DNA of 64,000 nucleotides from Planctomycetota bacterium (GCA_965248575.1 CBDFJQ010000002.1:3296001-3360000), one strand, 5' to 3'. Counted from the stretch's first letter, positions 18,082 through 27,487 are shown. Numbers and translations are program-made. The notes: a model not told the origin generated them from the letters alone.

Positions 18082-19217
18082 AGGTCGTCGCACTCAGCCG
18101 CACCACGACCCTGGGGCCTTCGACGCGCTACCGCATCGAGCAGTACCGGGCCTCGCTCCAAGCTGCCGGTATCGAGCTCGAGCTGAGGCCCCTGTTCGGC
18201 GCCGGCTGGTTCCGCATCCTGGAGCGCCCGCCAGGCCCCGGCCGCACCCTGCTCAAGGCGCTCTACAGCCTGGGCCGGCTCGCCGCCCGCTTGAACCAGG
18301 TCTGGAGTTTGCGCCGCGCCAGCCCGGATCTCGTCCTGGTGGAACAGCAGCTCTTCCCCTACCTACCCACCTGGATGGAGCGGCTGCTGTGGCCCAAGCT
18401 CGCACCCACCGTGCTCGAGTTTGACGACGCGATCTACCTCACGTCGGGACACCGAACCAAGCTGCAGGCACTCTGCGCCCAGGCCGACCTCGTCATCGTG
18501 GGCAATCGTTTCCTGGCGGACTTCGCGCGCCCCCATGCCCAGCAGCTCGCCGTCATCCCCACCACGGTCGACCTCTCGCGCTACTCCGGTGCCCGGGACA
18601 TCCAGCGGGAGCGGCGCCGGACGGCTGGCAAGACCCTGCGCGTGGCCTGGATCGGCCTCCGTTACAACTTCCCCTTCCTGGAGATGCTGGCAGCCCCCAT
18701 GGCCCGCCTGGCCCAGGAGGGCTGGGATCTGGAGCTGCGCATCATCAGCAGCGCCGCCCCCGTCGGCGGGCCAGCCTGGGGGGCCGTGCGTCTCGTCCAT
18801 CGGCCCTGGTCCGAAGAGACCGAGGCCGATGAGCTCGGAGCCTGTGACGTGGGCGTCATGCCGCTGCCCGATTCCGAGTGGGCCCGGGGCAAGTGCGGTC
18901 TGAAGGTCCTGCAGTGCCTGGCGGCGGGCGTCCCCGTCGTTTGCAGCCCCGTGGGGGTCAACGGGGACATCGTCTCTCCGGGTCAGAATGGCTTCCTGGC
19001 TGCCGACGAGGACGGCTGGTACGAGGCCCTGCGAGCCCTCGCAGAGAACCCCGAGCTGCGCCAGCGCCTCGGAGAGGCTGGGTTGAACACCGTCCGCCTG
19101 ACCTACGACCTCCCGAAAGGGGCGGAAAAACTCATGGAAGCGTATGGTTTGGCCGCTTCGAGTGCCGAGGAAGACAGCGGCCCCATGTCCGAGACCGCCG
19201 CCGACCCACGACGATGA
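18078..19217 (+). CDS. Glycosyltransferase family 4
   Basis: STRYRIEQY, EFDDAIY, VIVGN..L, IPTTVD, WIG, DVGVMPL...GKCGLKVLQCLAAGVPVV. Confidence 0.9.
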   Translation: MKVVALSRTTTLGPSTRYRIEQYRASLQAAGIELELRPLFGAGWFRILERPPGPGRTLLKALYSLGRLAARLNQVWSLRRASPDLVLVEQQLFPYLPTWMERLLWPKLAPTVLEFDDAIYLTSGHRTKLQALCAQADLVIVGNRFLADFARPHAQQLAVIPTTVDLSRYSGARDIQRERRRTAGKTLRVAWIGLRYNFPFLEMLAAPMARLAQEGWDLELRIISSAAPVGGPAWGAVRLVHRPWSEETEADELGACDVGVMPLPDSEWARGKCGLKVLQCLAAGVPVVCSPVGVNGDIVSPGQNGFLAADEDGWYEALRALAENPELRQRLGEAGLNTVRLTYDLPKGAEKLMEAYGLAASSAEEDSGPMSETAADPRR

Positions 19218-20299
19218 CCTCTGAGCTGCTGACCGACCCCGTCTGGTACGCGCTGGCGTTCCTCACGTCACTGGGCCTCGCCCTCTACGTGACGCCTCTG
19301 ACGATCCGTGTCGCCAAGACGTTCAAGATCCAGGACACGCCCGACGGTCGGCTGAAGAAGCACACTGAGCCCACGCCCTATCTCGGGGGTTTGGCCATCG
19401 CGGCGGCCTTCATGATGGCCTTCGGCCTGTTCTCCGCCACCGCAACCACGACCCACCAGGCCACGGGCATCCTCGTCGGCGGTCTGATGGTGCTTCTGCT
19501 GGGGCTCTACGACGACCTCACCAACCTCAGCCCCTCCGTCAAGTTCATGGGCCAGCTGCTCGCGGCGGTCGTCATCTACAAGGCGGGCGTGAAGGTTGAC
19601 TTTGTCGGCAATGAGTGGGCGAAGATGGGCATCACGGTGTTGTGGGTGACCGGCGTTGCGAACGCCTTCAACATCATCGATGTCATGGACGGCCTGGCAG
19701 CGGGCACGGCGCTGATCGCCTCGCTGTTCCTGTTCGCGCTCTCGGCCTCGGCGACCTACATCTACGGCGAGCCCCGCATGGTGCCCTTCATGGCCATCAC
19801 GCTGGCCGGCGCGCTGCTCGGGTACCTGCGCTTCAACTATCACCCCGCGCGCATCTTCCTGGGCGACACAGGCAGCCTGTTCATCGGCTTCATGTTGGGC
19901 TCCTTGTCGATGGTCGCTTCCTACAGCGCGAACAACCGACTGGCCGTGGTGACACCCGTCGTGTTGCTGGCCATCCCGCTGTTCGACACGGTCTTCGTTG
20001 CCATTCACCGGGCACGCAAGGGCATCCCGTTCTTCCGGGGCTCGCCCGACCACTTCGCCTTGCGCCTAAGAAACGCCGGCCACTCGGTGCCCGCCATTGC
20101 TCGCAAGAGCTACGGAGTGGCCGTCCTGCTCGGTGTGATCGCCGTGGGCCTGGTCTACGCCGAGTCCTTCGCCGTGCCTTGGTTGCTCGGTTTCTTCAGC
20201 ACGGCTGTGGTGGCCGCAGCGCTCGTCTTCTCGCGCATGCCACCGCCTGGCGAACGGCCACTGACCGAGTCTTCGACACCGGGGGACACCCCATCATGA
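19214..20299 (+). CDS. WecA/TagO/MraY-family polyprenyl-phosphate HexNAc-1-phosphate transferase
   Basis: RLKKH..PTPYLGG, GLYDD, NAFNIIDVMDGLA, FNYHPARIFLGDTGS, PLFDT, PDHF. ATG 19214 in an ATGA overlap. Confidence 0.92.
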   Translation: MTSELLTDPVWYALAFLTSLGLALYVTPLTIRVAKTFKIQDTPDGRLKKHTEPTPYLGGLAIAAAFMMAFGLFSATATTTHQATGILVGGLMVLLLGLYDDLTNLSPSVKFMGQLLAAVVIYKAGVKVDFVGNEWAKMGITVLWVTGVANAFNIIDVMDGLAAGTALIASLFLFALSASATYIYGEPRMVPFMAITLAGALLGYLRFNYHPARIFLGDTGSLFIGFMLGSLSMVASYSANNRLAVVTPVVLLAIPLFDTVFVAIHRARKGIPFFRGSPDHFALRLRNAGHSVPAIARKSYGVAVLLGVIAVGLVYAESFAVPWLLGFFSTAVVAAALVFSRMPPPGERPLTESSTPGDTPS

Positions 20300-21612
20300 G
20301 TGCTCTCGGCTCCCACGCTTCGGCCACCGGATTCGACGAGCCCAGTTGGCTCAACAGCATCGACAACGTCGAAGCGTGCACCCCGGTCCAGGCTGCTGAG
20401 TTCTTGAACGGCGTGGAGCAAGAGGACTTCGGTCTGTTCGTCCTGGCGCACGGCGCCGGCATGCGCTTGGGCGAAGTTGCCCAGACCCTGAAGCTCGACC
20501 CGGCGCTGGTGGTTTGGCGCATGCGACGCGCGCTGCACCGGGCGAAGGAGGAGCAACCCGAGCTTAGCCAGGCGGGCCTAGAGCTGGCCATCACCGACCT
20601 CCTGAGGAAACCTTCAGAGGGCTACGAAGTGCCGCCGCCCAGCCAGGGTGCAAACACGGGGGCCAACACGTGGGCCCTCGAGAGCTTGGTGGACAACCTG
20701 GACGAGGGGGTCCAACAACGACTCAAAGCCCGGCTGGAAGAGCCGCCGGATCACACGCGTTCGGGTATCGGCGTGGGCGTGGTCGCCCTGGTCCTCCTGG
20801 CTGCGGCGGGCTTCATGGTGTTCGGTGCCATCCGTGACGTGAACCCGCTCTGGCGTGGCAAGGATCTGATGCAGGCAGGCCGCTTCTCCGAGGCTCAGAC
20901 CGCCTTCGCCAAGTACTGGGATGTGGTGTCTGCCAAGGAACAGATCGCTCTCTGCGAACTGGCTCTGGGCGACTTCGACGGAGCGCTCGAAGCGATGGCC
21001 CACCCAGGTGTCTCCGAGAAGTTCGGTGGCTTCGCCCCCTCCATGGAGGACATCGAACCGCTCGACTTCGACGACGAGAGCCGGGCACTGCTGCCGCGGG
21101 GTATCGTGCGCAACAACCGACCGACCTTCGTGTACCGGGCGGGGCCTGCCGGTCGCCTGCACCTGCGCATGGGTTGGAACGAAGAGCAAGTCGATCACCT
21201 CATCGAAATCCCGGACAGCCGCGGCGGCACGGGCATCGTGACCATGCCCTATCCCCGCGCCTGGCCTTCCCTCCCAGAAGACCCGGTGGTGTGGTCCCTG
21301 GTGCCCTGGGTACCCGGCCCAGAAGGAACCCGCACGACCGGCCCGGTGAGCCAGGCGGACTTTCAGGTGCTGGGCAAGGAGCGCACCCAGGAGTTCAAGA
21401 GCGATGCCCGGCGGTTCCTGACCCGCAGCGTGCCCGCCAAGGCCCACCCGTTCTTCCTGGGCAACTATCTCATGCGCAAGGGGCTCTACGCCGACGCCGG
21501 CGGCCAGTTCGCGCTGCTCGCCCGCAGCTTCCCGGGGGCGGAGTACCCGCGCGCCATGATCCGCAAGATCGCAGCGGTTCTAGGGGTCGACCCCACCGCC
21601 TTCCTCAGCTAG
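20296..21612 (+). CDS. Membrane protein with an N-terminal sigma-70 region-4-like HTH, one TM and an extracytoplasmic TPR-like region
   Basis: ATGA overlap with the WecA-like gene. FLNGVEQEDFGLFVLAHGAGMRLGEVAQTLKLDPALVVWRMRRAL resembles sigma region 4.2. TM IGVGVVALVLLAAAGFMVFGAI. Confidence 0.65.
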   Translation: MSALGSHASATGFDEPSWLNSIDNVEACTPVQAAEFLNGVEQEDFGLFVLAHGAGMRLGEVAQTLKLDPALVVWRMRRALHRAKEEQPELSQAGLELAITDLLRKPSEGYEVPPPSQGANTGANTWALESLVDNLDEGVQQRLKARLEEPPDHTRSGIGVGVVALVLLAAAGFMVFGAIRDVNPLWRGKDLMQAGRFSEAQTAFAKYWDVVSAKEQIALCELALGDFDGALEAMAHPGVSEKFGGFAPSMEDIEPLDFDDESRALLPRGIVRNNRPTFVYRAGPAGRLHLRMGWNEEQVDHLIEIPDSRGGTGIVTMPYPRAWPSLPEDPVVWSLVPWVPGPEGTRTTGPVSQADFQVLGKERTQEFKSDARRFLTRSVPAKAHPFFLGNYLMRKGLYADAGGQFALLARSFPGAEYPRAMIRKIAAVLGVDPTAFLS

Positions 21613-21625
21613 CCTCGCGCACCTT

Positions 21626-23011
21626 ATGGTCGTCATCTTGGGTGCCGGGCTCGCCGGCTTGTCCGCCGCCTCTCACCTGGCCGGTCGGGACATGGTCCTC
21701 CTTGAGCGTGAGGAGGAGGTCGGCGGTCTCTGCCGCTCGCAGCGCCAGAACGGCTTTACGTTCGATTTCACTGGCCACTTGCTGCACCTGCGAGATCCGA
21801 GTATCCGCGACTGGGTGCTGCAGCTCCTGCCCGATGGGTACAGGCACCTGGACCGCAGCGCCTGGATCCATTCGTCGGATGTCCTCACGCCCTACCCCTT
21901 CCAAGCCAACACGGCGGGCCTGCCGCTGGACGTGCGCTTGGAGTGCTTGCTGGGCTTCATCGAAGCCATGGCGGTCCCGGCGGATCAGCGGGGCAGCGTC
22001 CCGCCAGCAACACCCATCTTCGACGGCTTGCCCTTCCTGGCCGTGAGCCCGCCACCGTCGGCGAATGAACCGAGCTTTCTCGACTGGATCCACGGCACCT
22101 TCGGCAGCGGCTTCGCGAAGCACTTCTTCGTGCCCTACAACGAGAAGCTGTGGCGTCGGCCTCTGTCCGAAGTGACGGGCGATTGGGTCAGCTGGTCGAT
22201 CCCTCGCCCGGATCTTTCCGACGTCTTGCGAGGGGCGTTGACGGAGTCGGACAAGGTCTACGGCTACAACCCGCAGTTCCTGTATCCGGCCGAGGGCGGC
22301 ATCGATCACCTGCCCCGCTCCATCGCCGCGGGCATCCCCGACAGCGTCAAGCGTCTTCAGTGCGCAGTGGTGGAATTGGAAGCCGCCACGGGCCGCGTCA
22401 CCCTCGACAATGGGGAGACCCTCCAGGGCGAGCACGTGCTGAGCAGCCTACCGCTCACCACCCTCGCGCGGATGACGACGGACCTGCCCGACGCCCTGCG
22501 GCAAGCTGTGAATGACTTGGACCACGTGTCCATCCGGGCCGTCAACCTGGGTGTGCGGGGCGAGCCCGTCCACGCGGATGCGCAGTGGGTGTACTTCCCT
22601 GAGCCCGATATTCCCTTCCATAGGGTCGGCCTGCCCACCGCCCTGACACCGGCCATGGCGCCGTCCGGCCACCACTCGCTCGTGGCCGAGATCTCCTTCC
22701 GACCCGACCAGGACCCCGGCGCCCGGGCCTCGCTCGATCAGAGCATCTCCGCCCTGCAACGCAGCGGGTTCTTGAAGAGCCCCGACGACATCGTCGAATC
22801 GACCGTCGTCGACATTCCGTTGGCCTATGTCGTCTTTGACCGTCGCCGGCGCGAGATCCTGCCCGAACTCAGCCGCTGGTATGTGGAGCGGGGCGTCGTG
22901 CCCATGGGCCGCTACGGCACCTGGGACTACCTGGCGATGGAAGACAGCCTGCGCCACGGTCGCGAGGTGGCGGCCTGGATCAAGACCAAGACCAACGGCG
23001 AGCGGGCGTGA
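21626..23011 (+). CDS. FAD-dependent oxidoreductase, UDP-galactopyranose mutase / HemY-like family (second paralog)
   Basis: GAGLAG, GGLCRS, GFTFDFTGH, YPFQ, FFVPYNEKLW, GYNPQFLYPAEGG, WVYFP, AYVVFD, GRYGTWDYLAMED. Confidence 0.8.
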   Translation: MVVILGAGLAGLSAASHLAGRDMVLLEREEEVGGLCRSQRQNGFTFDFTGHLLHLRDPSIRDWVLQLLPDGYRHLDRSAWIHSSDVLTPYPFQANTAGLPLDVRLECLLGFIEAMAVPADQRGSVPPATPIFDGLPFLAVSPPPSANEPSFLDWIHGTFGSGFAKHFFVPYNEKLWRRPLSEVTGDWVSWSIPRPDLSDVLRGALTESDKVYGYNPQFLYPAEGGIDHLPRSIAAGIPDSVKRLQCAVVELEAATGRVTLDNGETLQGEHVLSSLPLTTLARMTTDLPDALRQAVNDLDHVSIRAVNLGVRGEPVHADAQWVYFPEPDIPFHRVGLPTALTPAMAPSGHHSLVAEISFRPDQDPGARASLDQSISALQRSGFLKSPDDIVESTVVDIPLAYVVFDRRRREILPELSRWYVERGVVPMGRYGTWDYLAMEDSLRHGREVAAWIKTKTNGERA

Positions 23012-24165
23012 CCCCCGTGCCCACGCCCGTCTTCCACATCATCACGATGCTGGAGCTGGGTGGGGCGCAACAGAACACCCTGCACACCGTCGCCTCGCTG
23101 AATCGGGATGAATTTGCGCCGCAGCTCATCTGTGGCCCCGGCGGCATGCTGGATGCGGAGGCCCGGGCGCTGGACCTGCCGGTGCATTTCGTGCCGGAGC
23201 TCGTGCGGCCGATCCACCCCCCGAAGGATCTGACCGCGACCCGCACCATCGCCCGCCTGCTGCGGCCCTCGACCAAGTCGCAGCCTGTTGTCGTCCACAC
23301 CCACTCGAGCAAGGCAGGCATCGTCGGGCGCACGGCGGCGCGCTTGGCCGGCGCGTCACCCGTGGTCCATTCCATTCATGGCTTCGGTCACGGAGCCATC
23401 CGTGCTGGTTGGAAACGACGCCTCGTGCTCGGCACGGAACGTCGCATGGCGCGCTGGACGGACGCGTTCATCTCGGTCAGCGAGAAAGGCTTCCAGGAGG
23501 GTGACGAGCTGGGGCTGCTCGGTTCGGTACCGCGCCACGTGATCCGCAGTGGTGTCGACTTGCGGGACTTCCGACGGGCCGACGAACTGCGCGCCCAAGC
23601 ACGCCGCTCTCTAGAGATCCCCGAAGACGCTCCCGTCGTCGGCATGGTGGCGTGCCTCAAACCGCAGAAGGCCCCGCTCGACTTCATTCAAGTGGCGTCC
23701 CAGGTCCTGGCCGAGAATCCGACAGCCCACTTCTTCATCGCCGGTGATGGCGAACTCAGGCAGGAAGTGGAGGCACGGGTGCGTGAACTCGGCCTTGAAG
23801 CGCGGCTGCGGTTGCTGGGCTGGCGCAGGGACATCCCCGAACTCATGGGCGCCCTCGACGTGCTGGTGTTGACGTCCCGCTGGGAAGGTCTGCCTCGAGT
23901 CTGCCCGCAAGCGATGGCCGCGGGTCGGGCTGTGGTTGCCACCCGGGTCGACGGGATTCCGGAGGCCATCGTGGATGGCCGCAACGGCTTCCTCGTGGAG
24001 CCCGGCGACATTGCCGCGTCTGCAGCTCGCATCCTGCAGTTGCTGGGCGATGAACCGCTTCGGAAGGCCTTCGGCCTGGCCGGACAAGACCACGTTCAAG
24101 AGTTCGACCAGGACCACATGGTGGCTGCCCAGGAGCAGCTCTACCGCCAGCTCCTGGGTACCTGA
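23008..24165 (+). CDS. Glycosyltransferase family 4
   Basis: LELGGAQ, VHTHSSKAG, SGVD, LKPQK, LGWRRD, SRWEGLPR...AMAAG. Confidence 0.92.
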   Translation: MTPVPTPVFHIITMLELGGAQQNTLHTVASLNRDEFAPQLICGPGGMLDAEARALDLPVHFVPELVRPIHPPKDLTATRTIARLLRPSTKSQPVVVHTHSSKAGIVGRTAARLAGASPVVHSIHGFGHGAIRAGWKRRLVLGTERRMARWTDAFISVSEKGFQEGDELGLLGSVPRHVIRSGVDLRDFRRADELRAQARRSLEIPEDAPVVGMVACLKPQKAPLDFIQVASQVLAENPTAHFFIAGDGELRQEVEARVRELGLEARLRLLGWRRDIPELMGALDVLVLTSRWEGLPRVCPQAMAAGRAVVATRVDGIPEAIVDGRNGFLVEPGDIAASAARILQLLGDEPLRKAFGLAGQDHVQEFDQDHMVAAQEQLYRQLLGT

Positions 24166-24243
24166 GGGAGCAGCAGGGCGCCCCGATTGTGGGCCCCTTC
24201 ATCATGCTCTGGGAAGCCCGCCAGGTGGGAACCTCAGGGCAGA

Positions 24244-24260
24244 GCTGTTTCGAAAACAGC
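24244..24260. promoter_or_regulatory. Perfect 7-3-7 inverted repeat (operator or hairpin)
   Basis: GCTGTTT-CGA-AAACAGC in the AT-richer gap upstream of the porin. Confidence 0.35.
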
Positions 24261-24330
24261 CATCCAATGGGTCTTTATCGCCCATATTCGAACACATCAT
24301 GAAATCCCTATGGCTTTCTGAACACCTGGT

Positions 24331-24359
24331 TTGCTTTTGCGACGCAGTCTCAGTAATCT
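24331..24359 (+). promoter_or_regulatory. Putative sigma-70 promoter with a Fur-like palindrome in the spacer
   Basis: TTGCTT-N17-TAATCT; the spacer TTGCGACGCAGTCTCAG contains TGCGAC-N3-GTCTCA. Confidence 0.55.
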
Positions 24360-24429
24360 CTTGACCTCGTGATTCGGAGAGGCTCTCTCCGCCCCCATTC
24401 GTTCGCTCCCCAATCATCTTCGATTCGAC

Positions 24430-25800
24430 ATGCCTTTCCGCTTCTTGCTCGTCTGCTTTCTCGCCTCCTTCGCCCTCTTGAGCAACACGGCGGCTCACGC
24501 CCAACAGACGCCAGCAAGCAACCCGGACGACCGCATCGCCGAACTCGAAGCCCAGGTGGGAACCCTGGGCTCGGCCTACGAAGAGCTGCTCGCGCTCTAC
24601 AAGCAGATGCAGGCCCAGATGAACCAGTCGCCGAGCGGCGACGGCCTGGACGAATTCTACATCCCACGTCAGGCAGCCCAACACGAGAGCGCCGGTCGCA
24701 CCGGCAACCTGGGCAACGTCTACAGCAAGCCCTTCCTCAGCCAGCTCGGCGACAACACCTACATCGGCGGTTACATCGACCTCGAGTTCTCGGACCCCAG
24801 CAGCGGAGCGAGCAACGAGTTCGACCAACACCGCCTGGTCCCGCTGATCTACTCCGACATCTCCGACAACATCAAGATGGCGGCCGAGATCGAGATCGAA
24901 CATGGCCACGAGCTGGAAGTCGAGTTCGCACAACTCGACTTCCTCTTCAGCGAGCACGCCAATGTGCGTGCCGGCATCCAGCTGCTGCCCTTGGGCAAGC
25001 TCAATGAGGTGCACGACTCGCCCATCCAGGACCTGACCTTCCGGCCGCTCGTCAACACATACGTCATCCCCAGCACCCTGCGGGATGCTGGCATCGGCGT
25101 CTGGGGCAACATCACCCAGAACCTCAGCTACCAGACGACCGTCACCAACGGATTCGCGGGCCTCGCTGCGGACGGCACCAACGTCATCACGTCCACCAAG
25201 GGCCTGAAGGACGCTCGGCCCAACAAGGACAAGGTTGGCGGCTCCTTCGAGAACATCGACAACAACCTGGCCTACACGGGCCGGCTGGCGTGGACCCCGG
25301 TGCTGGGCGTGGAAGCCGGTGTTTCAGGACTGGTCGACACCTACGACGAGCATGCCGACAACCACCTGAAGATCTGGGCCCTGGACGCCACCGTTCACGG
25401 CCAGGCCGTGCCCTTCCTGCCTGACAACATGGAGCTGCTCTACGAGGGCGCGTGGGTCGACATCGAACGCGATGCCTTTGCCCGCGCCAGCGGCGTGGCG
25501 GGCGACATGACTGGCCACTACGTCCAGTCGAACGTGCACTTCACCCCGGACTTCCTCGAGGACTGCATCGCGGAAGGCGGCATCGCAGAAGACGGCGCCC
25601 ACTTCACCTTCGTCACCCGCTACGGAATGGTCGACCTCGACGACTACGTCATGCGCCGCACCACCCTCGGCCTGAACTTCCGGCCGAACGAAAGCAACTC
25701 CGTCATCAAGCTCGACTACCTGATGAACGACGACCACGGGTCGGCCAAGGGCACCAACGATGCGAACGTCTGGGCCCTCTCGTTTGCCTCATACTTCTGA
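24430..25800 (+). CDS. Outer-membrane beta-barrel porin (OprO/OprP-like) with an N-terminal coiled coil
   Basis: Signal peptide (AHA), coiled coil RIAELEAQV, IGGYIDLEF, FDQHRLV, EIEIEH, NEVHD, RPLVN..VIP, amphipathic strands, C-terminal F (SFASYF). Confidence 0.8.
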   Translation: MPFRFLLVCFLASFALLSNTAAHAQQTPASNPDDRIAELEAQVGTLGSAYEELLALYKQMQAQMNQSPSGDGLDEFYIPRQAAQHESAGRTGNLGNVYSKPFLSQLGDNTYIGGYIDLEFSDPSSGASNEFDQHRLVPLIYSDISDNIKMAAEIEIEHGHELEVEFAQLDFLFSEHANVRAGIQLLPLGKLNEVHDSPIQDLTFRPLVNTYVIPSTLRDAGIGVWGNITQNLSYQTTVTNGFAGLAADGTNVITSTKGLKDARPNKDKVGGSFENIDNNLAYTGRLAWTPVLGVEAGVSGLVDTYDEHADNHLKIWALDATVHGQAVPFLPDNMELLYEGAWVDIERDAFARASGVAGDMTGHYVQSNVHFTPDFLEDCIAEGGIAEDGAHFTFVTRYGMVDLDDYVMRRTTLGLNFRPNESNSVIKLDYLMNDDHGSAKGTNDANVWALSFASYF

Positions 25801-25819
25801 TCGTCCGAAAGCGACTCGC

Positions 25820-27412
25820 ATGAACCGCTACGCGCTCGTCCTCATGTTGCTCTCCGTGCTCGGTGGCGCGGTCTACGCAGGCGATGCCAATTCGGCCTCC
25901 CGTGAAACCCACGTGCACCTCGACAAGCAGGGCGCCCTGCAGCAGGTGTTCCCCCACGCCGAACAGGTGCTCGAGCTACGCTATTTGCTGACGAGCGAAG
26001 AGTCGGCGCGCATCGAGAAGAGCATGGGGCGGCGCCTGGACGAAGGGGGGTTCTATCTGTACGCCGGGCTCACGGGCGGCAAGCCCGTCGGCTACGCCGC
26101 CATCGTGAGCCAGATCGGCAAGGTCAAACCCATCACGCACATCGTTGGGGTGAACCCGCAGGGCGACGTCTCCCAGGTGGCGGTCATGATCTACCGCGAG
26201 AGCCACGGGGCCGAGGTGGTCCGCCGGCGCTTCATGGAGCAGTACGAGGGCAAGTCGCTCGACGACCCGATCCGCATCAACCGCGACATCATCAACATTG
26301 CTGGAGCAACCCTCTCCGGCCATGCCATCTGCCGCGGCGTGCGCAAGGCGCTCTCGGTCGTAGACGAGGTCTTCCTCTCCCACACCGGGCCGGAGGTTCT
26401 CGCACTCCTGACGGGGCCCGGCGCGCTGGCCGACGATGTCACGCCGGGCGGGTTGCGAAACCTCTCCCCGGCGGCGGCTCCCGTGGCCACCCTTTCAGCT
26501 GCGGGCTCCCTTCGCCTCGAGCGCGAGATCATGGGCACGGTGGTCAGCGTCGAGGCCTATCCCGAAGTGGGCGGAGTCCACGGTGATCAGCTGGCGGTCG
26601 CCCTGAACGCCGCGCTGGACGAGGTGGAACGCTGGGACGACGTGCTCTCCAACTGGCGGACGGACACCGCTCTCTCCGCCTTGAATGAGGCTCCCGTGGG
26701 CGAGGCCTTGCCGATCGACCCCGCACTGATGGACTGGCTTGAGGACGCGAGGCACTGGGCAGAGGAATCCCACGGACGCTTTGACCCCGCACTCGGCGCG
26801 CTGGTGGATGCGTGGCAGCTCAACTCGCGCGAGCCTTGCCGCCCCGAAGCGACGCGCCTCGAAGCAGCCCTCGCAGCCTGCGGACTCCAGCAGTTCGTCA
26901 TCGACCGCAACGCTGGAACCGTGACGCGCCTGAATTCGGAAGCCCTGCTCGACCCGGGAGCTTCCGGCAAGGGGTACGCGCTCGATCGCGCCGCGGCCGT
27001 TCTTCGCGACCACGGCGTGCAGAGTGCCTTGCTCTCCTTCCGCAGCACGCTGCTCGCTCTGGGCCCTCCCCCAGGGCAAGACGGTTGGGTCGTACCGGTC
27101 ATTCACGACGGCGAAGGCGAACAAGTCTCCGAGGTCCTCCTGGCTCATGGAGCGCTCTCTGTCAGCGGGGGCGCCCTGCGCGCCCATCGAGACGGCACGG
27201 TGCTTCGCGGCCACGTCCTCGACCCCTTCAGCGGCGTGCCGGTGGAAGCAGCTCGGCTGGCGTGGGTTCAACACGATTCTGCGGCTGCATCGGATGCCCT
27301 GGCCACCGCCCTGTTGGTCGCCGGACCGAGCCTTCTCGCGGTCCCTGGGGCAGCGGGAGCCTTCGTCGCAAGCGCCGGTCAGCCCCTGAGCGACTGGCCG
27401 CCCAGCCCCTGA
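25820..27412 (+). CDS. FMN-binding (flavinylated) domain fused to an ApbE FAD:protein FMN transferase
   Basis: Signal peptide. FMN_bind domain GKVKPIT..VGV..YRESHGAEV..FMEQYEGKS..DIINIAGATLS. ApbE motifs IMGT, GRFDPALG, DPGASGKGYALD, SVSG, HVLDP..G, SDALATAL. Confidence 0.87.
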   Translation: MNRYALVLMLLSVLGGAVYAGDANSASRETHVHLDKQGALQQVFPHAEQVLELRYLLTSEESARIEKSMGRRLDEGGFYLYAGLTGGKPVGYAAIVSQIGKVKPITHIVGVNPQGDVSQVAVMIYRESHGAEVVRRRFMEQYEGKSLDDPIRINRDIINIAGATLSGHAICRGVRKALSVVDEVFLSHTGPEVLALLTGPGALADDVTPGGLRNLSPAAAPVATLSAAGSLRLEREIMGTVVSVEAYPEVGGVHGDQLAVALNAALDEVERWDDVLSNWRTDTALSALNEAPVGEALPIDPALMDWLEDARHWAEESHGRFDPALGALVDAWQLNSREPCRPEATRLEAALAACGLQQFVIDRNAGTVTRLNSEALLDPGASGKGYALDRAAAVLRDHGVQSALLSFRSTLLALGPPPGQDGWVVPVIHDGEGEQVSEVLLAHGALSVSGGALRAHRDGTVLRGHVLDPFSGVPVEAARLAWVQHDSAAASDALATALLVAGPSLLAVPGAAGAFVASAGQPLSDWPPSP

Positions 27413-27487
27413 GCCCAGCTTCGCGCGACCACGGCCACTCTCCAGGCAGGGCGTGCCCCGCCCGCCTCATCCCGGTAGCCTCTCTCC

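Noticed and set aside
24166..24429. Lower-GC stretch as a mobile-element scar or insertion site
   Set aside because: No terminal or direct repeats, and no integrase or tRNA nearby; explained as a promoter region.
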